Part shown: one piece after another, positions 11,211 through 24,153 of the stretch
Position numbering within the stretch: the stretch's first letter is position 1
How the letters are laid out: the number at the start of each line of letters is the position of its first letter
NCBI RefSeq assembly: GCF_016432865.1
Contig: NC_067399.1
Coordinates: 496,868,001 to 496,932,000 of the forward strand
DNA: 64,000 bases
Source: Antechinus flavipes
Lineage: Eukaryota
Reading direction: 5' to 3'
Notes under the pieces: generated by a model
What the model was told of the DNA's origin: nothing
Seen by the model: the letters and a program-made list of their open reading frames with translations, nothing else
Database searches by the model: none
Translations under genes and position numbers: made by a program

Positions 11211-14200
11211 GTTCCCTCCCCTCAGTCGTCCCTCCAGATGGCCTTTGTGTTTCTAGTAATGAGATGCCCAGAAACAAACACAGGATGCCAGATGTTCTTC
11301 CCAAAGTATCCTAAGGGAAGAAAAAGTATTTCTCCATTCTCCTCTGATAAAAATTCTCTAAACCTAACACCCCTTCTTCACTCTCCAATCTGACCCCCTA
11401 TCCCTCCCCTCTCTCCCTCCTCCAGAGTTGCACCTTCCTTTGGATGTAGCTGGATCAGGTTACGGGCTCCACCTTCATTTTCTAGTTCCTATTAACTTCC
11501 AAGCTTTTTACACTGATTCATTCCAGGCTACTTGTTTCTACTGAACCTGGGCATTTTGCATCCTTCTGCTCTACAACCTTAAACTGCATTCTGCCCCCTA
11601 TCACTACCCCCACATCACTACCCCCCAAACTCTGTTCCTGTTGGCTAATTCCACCCACAGTTCCAATGCCTTTTATGTTCACATCTCGGAGCTTGCTCCT
11701 GTGTTACTAAAGATTTATTAATGGCCAAAAAAGGATGCCAGATTCTTCACACACACACACACACACATCCTCCCCTTGCCAGTTAAGGGGGGATTTTCTA
11801 GGGCAGTAGGACACTTAGTCCCAAGAGGGCATGCCAAGGGAACATCCCAATGAGTATTCCAAAATCATGTGCAGAGGAAAGAAAAAAGAATAGGACATGG
11901 GGGAAAGAAGAGGGAACAAGCAAAGAGAAAGCACTGCAAACAATGGGGAGCAGTGGAGAAAAGGCCCCCCAGTTTTGGAATATATGCAGTGTGGTAGAAA
12001 AAGGACTAGGCTTAGTGCCAGAAACCCAAGTTTAAGGCAGTCCCTTTCCACCACTTAATAGCCAGGTGAATTTGGACAAGTCATTTAGACTCTGCAAGTT
12101 TAGAAATAAGACTAAGAAGGAAAAAAAATTTTAATTAAAAAGGCTAAGAAGAATCCTGGCTCTGTTATTTACTGCCCATATGACTTAAGGCAGATGACTT
12201 CATTTTTATAGGCAAGATGAGAGGGTTGGTAGACATGAGCTAGAGCTTTCAGATCTAAAAACCATGATTACTATTACTAACACGTAATCACACCACATTT
12301 TAAAGACATATATGTTTGTCTGTTCTTCCAAAGGTACCTCCCCAGGTGTCTCTTGAAATTCTATTATTAGAAATTCATATGAATACGCCTAAGAAAAGAA
12401 AGATAACACATTGTTCTACTTGTCAGATGCTACTCAATAGGAGTATATTCCAAAGCTTTTCCTCAGATAGAGCAGGAGGGGAATAAAGGTTCTAGGATCA
12501 AAGAAGTGGAGGAAAGAGCTCCACAGGAGAAGGAAAGGCTGCAAGAAGGGGAGGTTGGAGGGGCCAGAAATTACTGAGCGGGATCCTGATCTTGGGCAGT
12601 CACTGTACTCAGATTTGAACCAGGTCCTTCCCCTTCTCAGTCCAGAATCCCCTATCCCCAAGACCTGTCTGCTGACACCAGGGTGTGTAGCTACCGCTGA
12701 TGGACTTTATGCATCCTCAGCATCCTCTCAGAGTGCTCATCCAAGCTCAGCCAAAGCGCCACTGAGTTAACAGGCTCTTCCAGCTCTGAGCTAAGGGGAC
12801 AGATCTCAGAAAGTCAAGTAGTAGAACCTCCTTGAGTCATAATTATTCCTATCCCAACCCCCGTCTCCCCAAGCCTCGCCAAGCCTCCCTCCTCCCTCAT
12901 CATTGTCTCTAGCCCAGCCCTCCAACCTATTTTCTCCCTTCCTTCCAGCTTTCTCCAGCAGGGGAACGTGTTCTTGGCGGCTGGCGGCATGGAACGCCAC
13001 TGATTCATTACAGATGTATCGGGGCAAATTGTGAATGAAGGCCGGCAAGGGCTGCCAAATAGTAAGTGAAGTCATGCAACTAATCTCCCCATGCACACAG
13101 CCTTTATCGAAGTGGAGGCTGTGCTCTGAGGGTACCTTCTTTCTGGATTTCTCTAGGGGGGCTGACCTCATAACTAGGTGTCCCGTTGCTACTCGCTCCC
13201 AGCTGTAACTCCCTCTCCACCATCTTTGGGCATAAGACCCTAATTCAGCCAAAGTTAAGACCACAGATGTGTTCAGCAACCTGGCCTCTGGGGACCCCAT
13301 CTATTTTAAACCTCTGCCACCTAGTCCACAGCCCAAAGCTAAAGGTTTCCATCTCCACTACTAATAGTGCCAAACCACAATCCCCAGTGAAACATGGAAA
13401 ATCCTCCTCCTCCATCCTAGTATGAACCAGGAAACTGGGTTGCATTTTGGGAAATGGTCTAATATTTTAGCCCTGGGAGTCAGCCATGGAGAAAGACGGC
13501 TCTTCCAGGACCCTATACTGGGATGTAGGAAGAAAACTCTCCAGGTCTGAAATCATTTTGTTTGCTAGGAGATCGGAAAAGCAGCTGCAATGCCAGGTAG
13601 TATTTTCCATGATCAGAAACTTGGGCCTGAATCAACCCATCCTCAGTCCAAGATGAAGGGGCTCTTCTTTCTGTGGCTTTGTCAAGCTGCCTCATGAACA
13701 TCTTGCTCCAAACTGCTAAATTCAGCTTGAGAATCGGTCACCCCAAATGACAATAGTAAAAAGTAGAAACAGGGTTCTACAGTTCTCTGGCACCTCACAA
13801 AAGGGATGAATGGGAAAGGAATATGAAACTTCAATACAATCCTTGGAAGAAAAGAACTATGGAACATAATTTTGAGGTAAGAAATCAAAAACAATGACAC
13901 AAAGTAGATTTCCATAAACTGCAGAAAAGCAAAGGAGATATCAAATTAGAAAGAACATCAGAATGGAAAGGGTTAGAACTGAATCAGAAGAAATCTTTGG
14001 CATCAATTAGTCCAAACTCTTTATTTTTCAAAATAGGATACTGAGGCTTGGAGAGATCAAGAAATTTCATTTTTGTGTAAGCTCCTTGATGGCAAAGGCC
14101 TTGTTTTATTTAACTCTGTATCTGTCACTTCACCAAACACAATGTAAATCACACTGGAAGTGCTTAGTGAATATATGTTCTATTATATTCTGTCACATGA

Positions 14201-17200
14201 GATGACTATGGAAGATAAGATCAGAGCCAGATTGTAAAATTCTCAAAGCAAATCTACATTAGGTAATTGATCCCCAAAGAACCTGGCTTTAAAACTGGCC
14301 ATCTCTGCAGATTCCTACAGGGTTGTCAAAAGCTCATAGCCTCACTACCACTGAAAGAACAGGAAACTGAGACTAACATCAACCAAATTCCCTCCTCTTC
14401 TTCCAGGTCCCCAGAACAATAAATCCTATTTCTCTAGTTCAGCCAAGGCCTAAGGAGCCTCTACCAAAGATAGACTAAACTATCTGAGCTAAGAAATGAG
14501 GTGACCCTAACAATAATTCATATTTACATAATCTTAGGAAATTGTGAACCACCATCCTTACAACAGCCCTGTAAAGATGATATTACAAACATTACTATCT
14601 TCCTTTTACAGATGAGCAAACTGAAGCTCAGAAAAGTTAAATGATTGCATGGGATTGGAGTACATCCCAAGGAAACATGCATGGGGATGGGTTTGCAGGG
14701 GATTCAATACCTATTACATGATCTATTTAAAGTTGGAAGGAACTTCAGGAATCATCTAGTCTAACTCTATCCCCAAAACACACATTCTATTTTACAGATA
14801 AGGAAACTAAGGCTTTGGGTTAATTTGCCCTTGGTGACATTGGGTTTGAAATCCTGGTGCTCTGAATTTAAAATTAGGGTTTTTTTCACAACCTCACTGT
14901 TTGCCTAACCACATTTCTCCCATCAGAATGAGAGTTTCCTGGAAAAAAGGTTCTTTGCCAAAGACCAGGTGTCCACCACACCAAGAGGAAGGACTGTGTC
15001 TCATCCATCAAAACTGTGGCTCTCCAAGGATATTGGCCATGTTTGCTCCCTTAGTCCAATAGTTGCTTGTCCATGTGTGGTGAGCTGTGCCTCCCCATCA
15101 AAATGCAGCATGTCCTCAAACCTTTTTGCCCCAAGCCCCATCGACCTGCTGGAAGGCTCCCACTCATCTCTCCACAGTGACGGATCGTGGACATCTGCCA
15201 GGTAGCATCAGGACTGATGCCCACCCAGGGCTACATATATTGCTGCCGCTTAGTTCTGCCAGGAGGTTTGGGACTGTACATGGGAAGAGGAAGCTTCCCT
15301 TCTAGACATGCAGATTCGGCTTTGCTCATCAGTACATCTGCTGAGCTTTTTCTCCTGGTCCATCCTCCCTCCAACATATAGGCCAGAAAGCAGCTGGGGG
15401 AACAAAGGGCAAATGTCATGACTTGTTAGTCCTCAAGCCAGAATGTAAGCCCCTTAATCTGGAGTCGAATTTTAAACAAAAAGCAAAACAACAAAAACCA
15501 TTGCATTTGGAGACAAAAGCCCGGGACTGAGTTCCAGTTATACACTAGCCAAGTCCAAAATCTGGCTCTGCTGGGGTAAATGCAGACTGAATGGGACCTT
15601 GGGTTGTATTTAACCCTTCTGATTTCCCCATCAGTAAAAAGGCAAGAATGATATCCTCTACCAACCAGACAGGGCCATTATGAAGAATGTACGAAATAAT
15701 GTATTCTAGTGTTTCACAAACTGTGAAGTGCCACAATGAACTATGGTCCATGGTGAGCTATGATTATTAAGACTAAGTTCATCAGGAAAGGGCTGACCCC
15801 AGCAGAAGAACAACACAGTTCCTTCTGGCTTGAGACACAGCCCAGTGGGAGAAACACCTCCTACGCTTTTGTTCCCAGAATCCTCGCCCTTATCTATTAA
15901 AAATTATAAAGGACTGAAGTCTTCTTGCCTGGCAGTCCAAAGTACACAGGCACAGGACTGTAAGCTGGGCCATTTGGATTCACTTTCAGCTATTAGCAGT
16001 AATTCCCCAGTTGGTCCCCACCCACCTCTTTCCCCTCCTCCCCGGCCACCCCGGCCAGCTACTTTCCAAAATTGATTGCTAAGTGGCTGCCCAGCCCTGT
16101 CTTGCCCTGGCTTCCCCCATCAGCCACATATGCTGATGGGTGAGGCAGACCGGCCTGCCAGCCTGCCAGTGCTGGTGCCTCTGTAGGTCAGGGGCCCAAG
16201 TGAATGGCACTCTCACAGAGAGAAGTGCACAGCTGGGTGGGGGAGGAGGAAGCGGGGGAGGAGGGTGTAGCAATTGGGGAATCTCTCTCTGGCTGTGGAA
16301 ACGAGCCTTGGAAAGCAATCTTTGCAGGAAAGTCAAGAAGAACACTCTACATTTACTAGCATGCTATAGTAGAAAACTCAAAGTGTTCAAATTCTGCTTG
16401 CAAGAATTTTAGGCAAGTCAATTTTCTCTAGTAGGCTTCCACCTTCTTATTTCTATGTAAGGTGATAAGATTGAATGATCTCCAATGTTTCCTCAAACTC
16501 CTAATCTTATGATGCTCCCACATATCACATCGTCCATCCTTCTGCCTCTGAGTTTCCCTTCCTGATAGATTCCATGCTTATCTGTAAATAGATATAAAAC
16601 ATATCTATTTTCAGTCTTCCCCAAAGTAATCTAAACTTAATATCCAGCCTTTAGAATGGAACAATACAACTGGGAAGGTATATGCTAAGCCAGGAGTGAT
16701 ATAAGGCAAAGGGTGCCAGAAGCTAGTGCCAGTCACTCCATTTACTGGCTGAAGAATCATGGGTTCAATTGCTTTCCTTCACTGGCCTCCAATTCTTCTT
16801 TAAATGAGAAAGATGACTAGACTTGATGATTTCTCAAGGTCCCTTTTAGTGCTGATAATCATTAAATCTGTACCAAAGGCCTGTCATGATTTCTGTGATG
16901 GCCACCATAGTAAAACCATAAAATATCAAAACTAAAAGGTACCTTTGGGGCCATCCAGAGCTACCTCACATTTTACAGATGAGGAAACTGAGGGAACTTG
17001 CCAAGGTAACATAAGTAATAAGAAAGAGTTAAGATATGAACTCAGTTTCTTTGATTCCAAATCCATTGTTCTTTTTTACATTGATTCTTGGCTGTTATAC
17101 CCCATAGTAATTAGTTTAAATGGGGTTTAAATCAGTCTTCTCCTTCCAAAATGCAGTGCCCTTTCCACTACACTAAGCCAGACCCAGATATCACCAATTG

Positions 17201-17454
17201 AAGATAAAACATTCTTTTTTCTTCCTAACTATGGTACAGTTTTATCTCATTCTAAAACATGGCCAGGAAACTTGAGTTCAAAAAAACCATAAAAGCAAAA
17301 AGCAGAGCTTGAAATAAAAATTCCACTTGGTCACCTGCCCATACAAAAAAGAGAGATTCCTGAAGCCCCTCTTTGCAGATCAGACAGGAAGAGAAGATCT
17401 CCAAATGAGTCAGCTTGGTCTTTCCCTTCCATCAGCAATCTGGAAGCAACACAG

Positions 17455-17805
17455 CCAAAGGGATGGGAAGAGGGAGGAGTAAAAAAGAAGAAAGAAGAGA
17501 TAGGGAGAAAAGGGAGAGGAAAGAGAGAGGGATGGAGGAAGGGAAGGAAGAAACAAAGAAATAAAGAAGAGAGAAAGGAAGAAGAGAAGGGATAGAAAAA
17601 AAAGAGAAAGAGGAGAGAGGGTGAAGAAAGGAGGGAGATAGACAGAAAAGGGGTGAAGAGGGAAGACAGAGACATACACAGAGGGACAGAGACAGACACA
17701 GAGAAATGTGACAGAAAGAGAGATACAGACACCCACAGAAACTGAGACACACAGAGAGAGAGAGAGACAGAGAAAGAGAGAGAGAGAGAAAGAGAGAGAG
17801 CGAGT
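17455..17805. repeat. Compound purine-rich simple repeat (GGA/GAAA to AGAC to GA)
   Basis: Direct reading. Confidence 0.9.
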
Positions 17806-18315
17806 GCGCAAGCATTCTAGTCCCTGACATTCAGCACAGCTCTTTCTGCCTGTCTGTCTGTGTGCATTCCTGTGCTTTTCTCATGCTGAAGGACCATAAA
17901 TGACTAGGTTCACCCTCCAAATGTAATCTGGAGAGCAGTGATGAGGCAACACTCTGGGTCACACGAAGATGTAATGTTCACTGGGAGAACCTTCCCAATG
18001 CAAAACAGATGCCCCAGCTCAGAGAAGCTGATTTCTTTTCAAGCTGGAGGGGGCATCAGTCCAGTTCCCAAGGTGGCAATACTACTTTGAACCTCCTTGA
18101 TGCTGCAAAGTGTCCAGTCTCCCAACTAAACTATCTTTACCCTCTAGTGTCTAAGAAATGCCCAGTTGACATTAGCTGCCATTCCCACCCTGACCCCAGG
18201 CAGAGAGACTGTATGGCACAGGATGCCTCAGGTATCTGCTTTAAAAGGCAGCAGTTTCTCAGAGCAAGAGTTGATGGACTAGCCAGGATCTGTTCCAATT
18301 GTCGCCACCCTAGAC

Positions 18316-18503
18316 CAGGGATTCTTAATCTTGTTTGAGTCATATGAAGCCTGGGGACCCCCTTCTCAGAATACTGCTTTCAACTGTGTAAAATGGAATA
18401 CTTGTTATATAATGCATAACATCTAATAGAATTATAAAAGAACCAGTTATATTGAAATAGTTGTCTATTTTTTAAAAGTTCACCTCAAGTTCAGAATTCC
18501 TAC
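18316..18503 (+). mobile_element. Non-autonomous hAT-Charlie DNA transposon relic (Charlie4-like)
   Basis: TIR-like cagggattcttaatct followed by tgaagcctggggacccccttctcagaata...aaccagttatattgaaatag. Confidence 0.6.
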
Positions 18504-18689
18504 CCTCTGTCCTAGACATACAGTACACAGCCTGCAACTCAAATGTAGTTCACCTACCTGAAATTGTTTTTAGCAAAAACAAAAAAAAATTATCTAATTA
18601 ACTTGTTAGTACATAGGACACACATGAACTAGTAGACTTAAATCATTTGTCATACTGAAAAATTTGGACAAACTATAAAAGATATCTGC

Positions 18690-18775
18690 AACCTTCACAA
18701 AATAAGCTTGGATACCCTGGCCTAGACCCTTTCCATTCTTTCCCCCCAATGAAGGGAATAATAATACCTACCTGG
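18690..18775 (+). mobile_element. Degenerate MIR remnant abutting exon 5 donor
   Basis: aatgaagggaataataatacctacctggca matches the MIR core aaaatggggataataatacctacctcgcag. Confidence 0.5.
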
Positions 18776-18789
18776 CAACAAATACCTAC

Positions 18790-18843
18790 CTTTGCACCAG
18801 GAGAGCCAGGAGGCCCAGGGTTTCCATGAGGCCCAGGGGGACC
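18790..18843 (-). CDS. COL27A1: COL27A1 coding exon 5, GPPGPHGNPGPPGSPGAK
   Basis: 54-nt phase-0 exon with acceptor ttttcttttcctgttcag| and donor AAG|gtaggt. Human equivalent GPPGPYGNPGLPGPPGAK. Confidence 0.95.
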
Positions 18844-19089
18844 CTGAACAGGAAAAGAAAAGAAAAGTTAGAGGAAAATGGATCCTATCTAATTTACTCA
18901 TGGTGGTACCCAGTGGCTTCTTCTAACATCAAGCCAAGGGTATTGGTGGTACTGTGGAAAGATCACCAGTTCATGAGACAGAAGGCCAGGGGTCAATTCT
19001 ATCTTTCTTGGCTGCTTACTTACTTACTGCGCATTAATCCTTCCTAAGCCTTTGTTTCCTTATCTATAAAATGAGGGAATTGTACTATT

Positions 19090-19470
19090 TATCCATAACC
19101 TGGTCCCTTACCTTTCCAATCTTCTTATACCTTATTTTCTGCCACATAGTGTATAACACAGTGTGGTTTTGCACAAAACATGTCTTCCCACTTGAAGAAT
19201 TTTCCCTGGATGTGTTCAATACAAGGAACTCCCTCCTTCCTCATCTCTACCTCCTGGCTTCCTTCAAGACCAGCTTCTAAAAGACTTGCAGACTATTTTG
19301 AAATCTACCCCCAATTTACTCTATATATGTTTTATTTTGTACATAGTTGTTTGCATGTTGTCTCCCCCCATCAGAGGGTGAGCTAATTGAGAGCAGGGAC
19401 TATTTTTTGCCTTATTTTGTATCTCCAGTGCTTAGCACTATGCCTAGTTCATGGTTAACACTTGGTTCTT
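19090..19470 (+). mobile_element. LINE-2 3' end
   Basis: gttgtctcccccatcagagggtgagctaattgagagcagggact...ttgtatctccagtgcttagcactatgcctag. Confidence 0.75.
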
Positions 19471-19699
19471 GTTGCCTTGACTTCTAGATTTTTAGACCTG
19501 TCATCTCAGGAGTGGAGTTCAAGAGACTGACCATTACTCATTTTTGGTCCCTTTCCTCTGTAAAAAGAATGACTCAACTTGCTCTTTCCCCCTCATATCC
19601 AAATCTTCCCAAGATAGAAGCTATAATCTACAAGTCCCAACTCTTAAATTCAAGCCACTAATCAAGTGTCTCTTCATCTTTCTAGAAGAGATTTGCTGC

Positions 19700-20045
19700 A
19701 TAAAAGGGCATATAAGGGTGACTATAGCTCCATGTTCACTACCTCCAACTTCTTGTATACTCTTCCTAGCCTCATGCTTGTCCCGATGCATCAGTAGCAT
19801 ACAGAAGAGATTCTTCAATCTAACATTCAGAGCTCTTCATATGCCAGTCCTACTTTACTTTGCCAACTCTGTCCTTTGCTCCCCAGGCCAGACCTTTCAC
19901 TATTTGCTTTCTTCTGCCCTTAACAGCACATCTTTGCTCATGTATTCCCCACCATCCAAACTTGAAATGCCCTGACCAAACTCTTCCAATGCAGATTCTA
20001 TTCATTCTCCAAGGTCAAATTCAAGTCTCTCTTCCTCCACGAAGG
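19700..20045 (+). mobile_element. LINE-2 internal 3' fragment
   Basis: Pyrimidine-rich L2 pattern (aacattcagagctcttcat...tttgctcatgtattcccc...gaaatgccct...ttctccaaggtcaaattcaa). Confidence 0.55.
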
Positions 20046-22189
20046 ACTTATAGACTGTTAGAACTAGGGGGAAACTTGGATATAATGTGGAAAGGGACAA
20101 GAAAATCTTTTCTCCAGAGGTTTGCCTGTTTTCCGCATTTCCATAACATTTTCTCCAGGTAAATTCTGCAATAAAGGATAAGGATAGAGGAGAAACTATA
20201 GTCCTCCAGGCTGAGGTCTCTTAACTGCTCAACTGCATTTAGATAGTTCTATTTTCTGATCTTCTACCACATGGTTTATATCACATAGTTTGTCCTTGAC
20301 AATTAGGCCTTGTCTTTCCAACAGATTGGTATTAGCTCAAATGCAAGATTTAAAGTCAGAAAAACCTGGGTTGAATACCTCAAAGAGGTCATCTAACCTC
20401 TTTGGTTATCAACTTTGGTTTTACCCATCTGTAAAAAAGGGAATAAAAATATTTGCAGCATTTTCCTTGCAGGGTGACTTTAAGAATCAAATAAAACAAT
20501 AAATGAGACAAACACTGAAAAACTTAAAACTAAATATAAATGTCAGTTATTATTTCAAGACAAGGAAAATGTTTTCTTTTTCTTTGTATCCCCCATGCCA
20601 CAGGAAATGTGAGCATGGTAGGTGCTCAAAAAAACTAGATGGACAGATTGAATGACTGAAATTCATTTGTTGGTTTACCACCCTAAAGGAAACTACATCT
20701 TTCTAATACTTTTCCACACCCTCTTGAAATGGTTAGATCTTGCTTCAGGCCACTTTCTCCAAAAAGGTCCCTATGCATAAAAAGCTTCCAGGCCTAGTAT
20801 AAACAGAGCCCTAACAACCTGGATTCTTGCCCTATGGTCTGAATAATTATTACCATCTGCCCAAAATCCAAGTCCTCTATCAGACATACAACTGAATCAT
20901 CACAATAGATTGTCACAGGAAAACATCCTGGAAGGAACTTCAGTAGGTCATTTTGTATGTCCCCCTGCCTCTAGCAAGACTGCCTCCTTGCTTCCTCCTT
21001 GGTCCATTCAAGTTAGCTCCACACCTGGAGAGTGTTGTATTCAGCCAGGTATGCCCTTCCATGTCTCCTTATCTGAAATAAGTTCATTCCCGATCAATTA
21101 TTATAATCGATTCTGTGCTCTGATTTTCCCCCTTTCTATACTTGAGAAAGGGCATCCCTGTGTGGCAAGAGTATTCAGCCATGAAAGTTTGATAATAAGA
21201 TCTACTCCCTCCCCTGTGTCTGGAGAGAAGGCATAGTATAATGGAAAGAAGTTCTAGGAGTGGAGTAATAGGACCTGAATTCAAATTCCAGTTCTGCTAC
21301 TGATTGTTTTTATGATTTTAATTTCTCTGGTCTCACTGGATTCATCTGTAAAATGTAAGAGTAGGTGACATTCATGTCCCTTCCAATTTTAAATCTATGA
21401 TAGTATAACCCTAGAAGTTTCCTTAAAACAATCAGTTTTCAATGCCAGAAATAATAACAACAATAAATGTAACGGGGAGGGGATTGTGTGTGGAAGAATT
21501 TCATTTCCCCCAATTCACTTACTCATAACAGAAATAACGAGTTGCTGTTATGTAAATGAAGTGCAAAGAAATGTTTACACCTTATTATCCCTTTATGAGG
21601 TATGAAGGAGCTTTCCCTGATGGAATTAGAAGGGCAGATTTTCACTGGTTGCTTGAAGACTGGCCAAAACCCTGTCAGCCTGCCAGCCCAAGAAGCAGTC
21701 AAGGTCTAGCTGCGGAAGGGACCAGCCACATTGAGTGTGACTCCTGCACCTAACCAAAAGACAGCAGAGAAGGAGATTTTTTCTCCTTCTGCCCATCAGC
21801 CATGGGATCTCTCAGTAGAGTTACTCCAACAGGAAGAGTTACCACATTCAAGATGGAGCAGAGACACATACGCTGTAGATAGACATGGAAACAGAAATGC
21901 AATTGAAACATTAAGGACAGGGAGCAGTTTTGTAGCACATAACAGAAGAGAGCTGACTGTCAGTTCAAAGTCCTAGTCTTAGAATTGAGATATGGAAACG
22001 AGCAGAACCAGGCACCCCAGATGGAATTCTTCCCAGCAAAGATTCTGTGCAAGGGGATGAGGGGTAGTGTTCAAGAAGGCATTATAGGACCCCATAGCAC
22101 TGAAGATGTGAGCACTGTATATATTTGTAGGTCCCACATTATGGATGTGTAAGGGATAATGTTTTGTAGCCACTGTTCATACTATACAA

Positions 22190-22307
22190 CTTAGTGACTT
22201 GCCCAGGGTCACACAAGTAGGAAGTGTTAAATGTCTGAGGCTGGATTTGAACTCGGGTCTCCCTGACTTCAGCAACAATACTCTATTGGCTGCCTTACCT
22301 AGCTATC
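22190..22307 (-). mobile_element. WSINE1-like SINE
   Basis: agtgacttgcccagggtcacacaagtaggaagtgttaaatgtctgaggctggatttgaactc...cctagct. Confidence 0.75.
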
Positions 22308-22816
22308 TGTTACCTTGTTTGATAAGATGACTTATCCACACTTATAAAAATATTGTCCTCCAGGATTCATCCAAGGCTTCTACTTTGACCATTGATGTCC
22401 TTTTCTAGTTCTTGAGATTCTATGAGCCTGACTCCTGGCTCCCTAGTCTTTCCATTACACCAAGGTCCCCCTCAGAACCTTTATCTATTTAACCCAGTAA
22501 ACTAAGACCCAACCATGTAGAACCAGTTCATTCTAGGGAATCAATACATTCTGGGGAAAAGAGAGCTAGGAGGGAAGGGTGGTGTTAGGGATGATATAGG
22601 CCTCTGCCTCACTGAGAAATGAACAAAATATTTGAAAGGAGGCCAAACAAATTGTTTCCATAAATGCTTCAGTTTAAAAATTAGAGTGGGGGAGGGATAA
22701 GGGATTCCCCCATCTACCCACCCAGCCCACTCTGGCCTATGGAATGGCAGAATTCTAGCAGGAGGGAGAAATGGGGAGAAAAAACTCCTCAGTATATGAA
22801 ATGGGTTGACCCAGAG

Positions 22817-23010
22817 CAGGAGTTCTTGACCTTTTTTGCATCATGGACTCCTTTGGCAGTCAAGTAAAGCTTATACACCTTTTTTACACAGTAGTGCTTT
22901 TACATTTATAAAACAAAATATATAGGATTAGAAATGAAATTTTAATTTTTTTCCATTCAAGTTCATAGATTCCTTGAAATCTGAAATCTGTATATAAGTC
23001 TATGAGCTCT
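22817..23010 (+). mobile_element. Non-autonomous hAT-Charlie relic (Charlie4-like)
   Basis: caggagttcttgaccttttttgcatcatggactcctttggcagtc...aaaatatataggatt. Confidence 0.65.
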
Positions 23011-23289
23011 AAGAGAAAAAAAAGGGAAGGAAAGTAAAACAAGGAAGGAGGTGAGAGAAAGGAAGAAGGAAGGAAGAAAAGAAGGAAGGAGAATAAGAGG
23101 ACAAGAGACCTGAGTTCTTGCTCCAGCTTTGCCATGAGCTGCCTAGGTGATCTCAGGCAAGTTACTAAACTTCAATGTGGCTTCAGTTTAGTCAGTTTAT
23201 ATTTTAAATCTATAAACCTATAAAATGTATAGGGTTGAGTTAAAGTTCTTTTCCAGTTTTAAGAATCGATGGATTTTCCACAAAGCTGG

Positions 23290-23500
23290 CTAAACAACAG
23301 TTAGAGAGCTGAATCTGGAGTCAGGAAAACCTGAGTTGAAATCCAGCCTCAGAAACTTACTAAGTGTTTGACATTGGAAAGCCACTTAACCCTGTTTCCC
23401 TCAATTTCCTCATCTTTAAAATGGGAAAAATAGTAGTGCTTATCTCCCAGGGTTTTTGTGAGGATCAAGCAAGAAACATCTATGTAAATTCTAGTTATTA
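23290..23500 (+). mobile_element. MIR/CORE SINE
   Basis: ctggagtcaggaaaacctgagttgaaatccagcctcag...cctcaatttcctcatctttaaaatggg...gtgaggatcaa. Confidence 0.75.
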
Positions 23501-24099
23501 TAATCATTATTATTATTCCATTATACAATCATTCTCAGTTTTAGCCCCTTGGTCCTATTTAAAAACAAGAGGGGACAGCTGCCACCCCATAGACAAATGA
23601 CCAACTTCCTCCCATAAGAGTCCCACATTGATCCCTTGACCTTCCCAGTCTTACAAGCCCAAGCCTGGCCCAGAGCTACTCTGCTGACAGCAGCTCGGGG
23701 AGCTGGATGCACTGAGAACAAATGGAAAACGGAAACATCGCTTCAGCCAGAGTGGATTCCACCAACCAACTTCCCAGAGAGCAGGGGGCCAGGTCTGGAG
23801 TGAGCTGTGGGTTTATGTAATTGTCTCACCAGAAATACTGGCGAGCTATGAGCTAAAAATAAGCGCCATCCCGCTCTGTCTTCCAGGGCCTCGGTCAGTG
23901 GCCTGGGGCTGTTGCTTGGCCCAGAAGGCACATTTCAGCAACATCGCTACCAAGGTGTCTTATGGGTGCTGCTTTATATGACCAGCAGGTTTCTTCTCAG
24001 AGCAATCTTTGCTTGGAACCTGCCAGGAAACTTGGGGGCACAAGGAGTGCACCAGGATAATAAGATGGTAATATTTCAAAGAAAGAGACAACTACTTAC

Positions 24100-24153
24100 C
24101 CGGGGTCCTCTTCTGCCTGATATTCCAGGCAACCCAGGCAAGCCAGGGGGGCC
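24100..24153 (-). CDS. COL27A1: COL27A1 coding exon 4, GPPGLPGLPGISGRRGPR
   Basis: 54-nt phase-0 Gly-X-Y exon with acceptor tctttctgtccctctag| and donor CGG|gtaagt. Human equivalent GPPGLPGLPGIPGARGPR. Confidence 0.95.

Noticed and set aside
17331-17830. 130-140 aa S/L/F-rich ORFs
   Set aside because: Microsatellite translation artefact.
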